Source of the DNA: Iphione sp. A-MEVVRFRX5
Lineage: Eukaryota
Reading direction: 5' to 3'
Assembly (NCBI GenBank): GCA_976226885.1
Contig: OZ320322.1
Location: 42,966,001-43,030,000 of the forward strand
DNA: 64,000 nt
The notes beneath the pieces are model-generated. The model was not told the DNA's origin, did not search any database, and saw only the letters and a program-made list of their open reading frames with translations. Of this stretch, positions 60,377 to 64,000 are shown in pieces. Position numbers and translations under genes: made by a program. The first letter of the stretch is position 1. Each line of letters begins with the position of its first letter.

Positions 60377-60547
60377 NNNNNNNNNNNNNNNNNNNNNNNN
60401 NNNNNNNNNNNNNNNNNNNNNNNNNNNNNNNNNNNNNNNNNNNNNNNNNNNNNNNNNNNNNNNNNNNNNNNNNNNNNNNNNNNNNNNNNNNNNNNNNNNN
60501 NNNNNNNNNNNNNNNNNNNNNNNNNNNNNNNNNNNNNNNNNNNNNNN
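60377..60547. other. Assembly gap (N run)
   Basis: Directly visible. Confidence 1.
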
Positions 60548-62639
60548 CAGGCAGGCAGACGAAGGGGAAAAGGAATGCAGGTTTGCATACATACAGAGTC
60601 TAGGAAAGAGTTAAGAGTGACATAGGCCAAGCCACTTTGTTGGAGTCGTTTTCTTTTCTTTGAGTTGGAGATTAAAGGGGGGGGGGGTGTACCTTGTGAA
60701 ACATTCACATGTGACATTTGACTTGCCAAACTGAAGAATGGCTCTACTCTACGGCAGGTGACTCGGTTATTGATCACCAACCCCTGGGGTTGCTGCTTGC
60801 CTGGGATGCCGTCTAGAAATCATAATTAATTGACCTTTGTAATGATCACCTTTCACGGGTTGGTGGCCGTCCTTGCGCTGCAATATTGATGTCTGCCTCT
60901 CCGATAGTGACTGTGGAGCCTCGCGGTAGGCCGGCTGCCACCATAATAGAAGCATTGTGACTCCTGAGCGCCATTGAAATGAAATTATCGCTATTTCCAT
61001 TATTCATTCACTCCACTGTTCCCCGGTCGTCGAAACGGTTATAACGTTCGGTAGTTTTCACATAATAAATTTCGTTAACCCGGAAGAGTCAGCGGGAAAG
61101 TTTTGTTTCCCGGCAGAATGAAATCGTGTTGTCCTCGTTGAGCGACGATCAGATGAAGATTTAGGTACGCGTGATTTCATCATCTGTTCCGTCGACTCGG
61201 CCCGGCTCCTTAGCTGAAGTGAAAAACGAGATTGATATGGAATAAGTGAGGAGCCTATCGTGTAACAAGAAATATTGATCATTTGTGCACGATACGGATA
61301 TCTGGTTTAGAGTCCATTAAGGCCGTTGCCCACTTACCGTCTGGCGGTCAACCGTGCAACCCCTACATATATCACTCACTCATCACGCACCACGCGCGTG
61401 TCTAACCGGCCCCTCCTCCTCAGTCCTCACCTTCCCTCATTGTTTAGTTATTCTCATTCAGAGGTACACGTCCGTTTAATAACTTATCGTTCCCTGTCAT
61501 TCACTCTGTGAAAATTTCACTTTGGGTCTCATTCACTCACTTATTCACCAACTCACTTAATCACATACTCATGTACTGGGGCCTATAATTTCTGTGTACA
61601 TGGACATGTGTCGTCGTGGCCATGTTTGGGCATCGTGGAACATATCATTATATTGTTACCATGTCACCATGTTATCACCCTCTTTTTGTCCCCCGCCTCA
61701 TAGAGGGGGGGACATTAGGAATGCTGCCAGCTGGTGTCCCGACCATCCGTCACACTCTTGTGGGTCTTATAAGTCTTAAACCCTTCATTCAAAAAAACTG
61801 ATTTTAATATATGATATTGGTATATATGGCCCCATGGCACTGGGTAATTTTGGTAGTAATTCAAATATTTTGAAGGTGAAATTATGCCAATTTTACTCTT
61901 TTCCTAATACATCTACAAACATACATACCTGGTTCAGGGGTTCCCAAGTCTGACAATGCACATGCACACACACTCAGTGCTCAGTCATGCAGAACCGAGG
62001 GTTTGTAGCAGTCTGGTGCTCAGTGAGGCAGAACCGAGGGAGCTGTGTCCGGTCAGGCAGAACCGAGAGTTGTAAACCTGAAGGACTTAAACAAGTCTAG
62101 CCAATTACCCCCAAAACAAGCTGCCAATCAAGGTGGTTGTAAGGAGAGAGAGACACACTACACACACACACATACACACACACACTCTCTCTTTCTCTCT
62201 CTTTCTCATTTTCTCTCTCTTTCTCTTCCCTTCCCCCCCCCTCCCCACCATCTTTATGGGCAGTTGATGGCGGGGGACAATAGACCTCACAGGACCCTAC
62301 TCTTGTTTCATCTATAGCTCCTCTTGCTTCTATATATGTACTTGCATACAGAAACACAGCGCTGGGAACACAGTGACTTGGAAGAAGTTCCAATCTGAAA
62401 ACGCAGAGTATAGTGCACTCATTATGGAGCACAGCTACATGAAGCCACTCCATTTTTTTCCCACTATATCTTTAACCAAGAACTAGATATTCAGTTATCC
62501 TTTTAGCTGTTCTTCCATATCCTCCTGGAGTAGCTTTACTACCATCTGTTACTGAGCATTGAGAGACTATAATACCTGGGGCTATCCCCTACTCTTATGT
62601 TGAACATATTTCTGGGGTCTTTTTGTACATAGGGAACAG

Positions 62640-62803
62640 AATCCTCTAACACAATGACCTTTATTACAAGCTATAGACCACTCTGGGTTGGGGCTCCAGT
62701 AAATCCATCTGGTCATTATCAAGAGTCCCAGGCCCACAATTGAACCTGCTACCTCTCGACCAATGGACCAGTGCTAGTCAGCACTCTTACCAACTGAGCT
62801 AAC
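62640..62803 (-). mobile_element. tRNA-derived SINE fragment
   Basis: A box TAGCTCAGTTGGTAAGAG and B box GGTTCAATT with tRNA-like spacing, but no intact cloverleaf. Confidence 0.6.
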
Positions 62804-62999
62804 TCCTTGTTGCAATGCATGCCAAATAACCCGAGTCACAGCACCAAATACGACTGTAAAACACTTAAACGTGGAAATAAGCCCTGACATTGGAATACGG
62901 ATGTATTCACCTATGTGCACTGTTCTTAGCTCCTTACACATTCATTTGGTCATTAACTTGATCATTCCGCTTCTGCTTCTGCTGGCCCTTATGTCTCCC

Positions 63000-63127
63000 N
63001 NNNNNNNNNNNNNNNNNNNNNNNNNNNNNNNNNNNNNNNNNNNNNNNNNNNNNNNNNNNNNNNNNNNNNNNNNNNNNNNNNNNNNNNNNNNNNNNNNNNN
63101 NNNNNNNNNNNNNNNNNNNNNNNNNNN
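63000..63127. other. Assembly gap (N run)
   Basis: Directly visible. Confidence 1.
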
Positions 63128-64000
63128 CCCTCTCCTTCTCGACCTCTGTGTCTGCGCAAGACCCTCCATAATTAGATTGATACCAAAGTACCCGCTGTTC
63201 GGTTGACTTTGATCTTCATTTTCGTGATTCCCACTGGAGGGCTCTCCGGCCGGCAGATCTAATCTACAGTTATGCATTTTCATCCTTTCCCGTGATTAAC
63301 CACATCTATTGAGTATTATTCCGCAGATTGCCCCAACCTCCTCTGTCTCTTTGTCGACCGTTTCTCCAGCCTTCGTCGGGTCCCTCTTATCTCCCGACTA
63401 GGTATAGCCGCCCCGCCGTGTCTGGTGTGGCCTACATCTCACTGCCTCTGTCTGCCAACAGTGATTGTAGTAGACTTCCCTAAAAAGGCCATAGGCGGAT
63501 ACTGTAGCACCGACCAGACATTGTGGCAGGAATTGGATAATTTCCCTGAAGGCTCGTGTATTCAACGGCCTTTCTGCCGCCCCCCCCCCCTTCCTAAGCC
63601 AATCAAGAATAACAGCGCCCCCCACCTTTTCATATCACTTGGAAGCTATAATTTGTGTGTATTCTTTCCACATGAAAGGTCTGCCTTGCCGTAATTATTA
63701 GATTGCCTACTTGACGGGAATGTGTGAGGTGTTATTTAGCAGCATTCCTGGACGCCTTTGTGCACCTTTCAGTGTGGAAAGAAACATGGCTGACGTGAAG
63801 AAGACGGGTGTCATTAAGGCCAGCCGTGTAAGCTGTGTTTTTCCTCGCCCGCTGTGTTAACACCAGGTTTAATAACGTCTTCGGGCACCAGGAGGAGATG
63901 AGCTGACGTCACGTGGGGGTATTTATGTTTGCACGGACTTCCGGATTCGCCGTTCCTGTGAGAAACTTGTATGTTAATTTCGACAGCTGGCTTTTCTTCG

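Noticed and set aside
62726-62803. Functional tRNA gene
   Set aside because: A and B boxes are present, but there is no intact acceptor or anticodon stem; better explained as a SINE head.

Overview
Eukaryotic, repeat-rich scaffold segment with five N gaps, probably from an invertebrate animal (inference from spliceosomal introns, the transposon mix and CpG-type stop mutations). The best-supported host gene is a 4-exon, + strand gene (20719-31261, 413 aa by my splicing) for a secreted sphingomyelinase C-like enzyme of the bacterial type. It has two extra N-terminal Cys-rich modules and a Cys-rich insert where bacterial enzymes have their membrane-binding hairpin. The window also holds a full-length Sola1-like DNA transposon (34942-39334, 33-bp TIRs, ATAT TSD) whose three predicted introns splice into an uninterrupted 771-aa transposase with an (RG)11R tail. 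Other mobile elements are a decayed piggyBac whose transposase carries a GT-AG intron, a Penelope-like (Neptune-type) element with a 413-bp inverted copy of its own 3' end and a hammerhead-like core, and fossils of pogo/Tigger, Gypsy, L2/CR1 and RTE, plus a solo LTR, MITEs and a tRNA-derived SINE. A few isolated candidate exons and a BTB-domain pseudogene fragment are low-confidence. All family assignments come from motif recognition by eye; no database searches were run.
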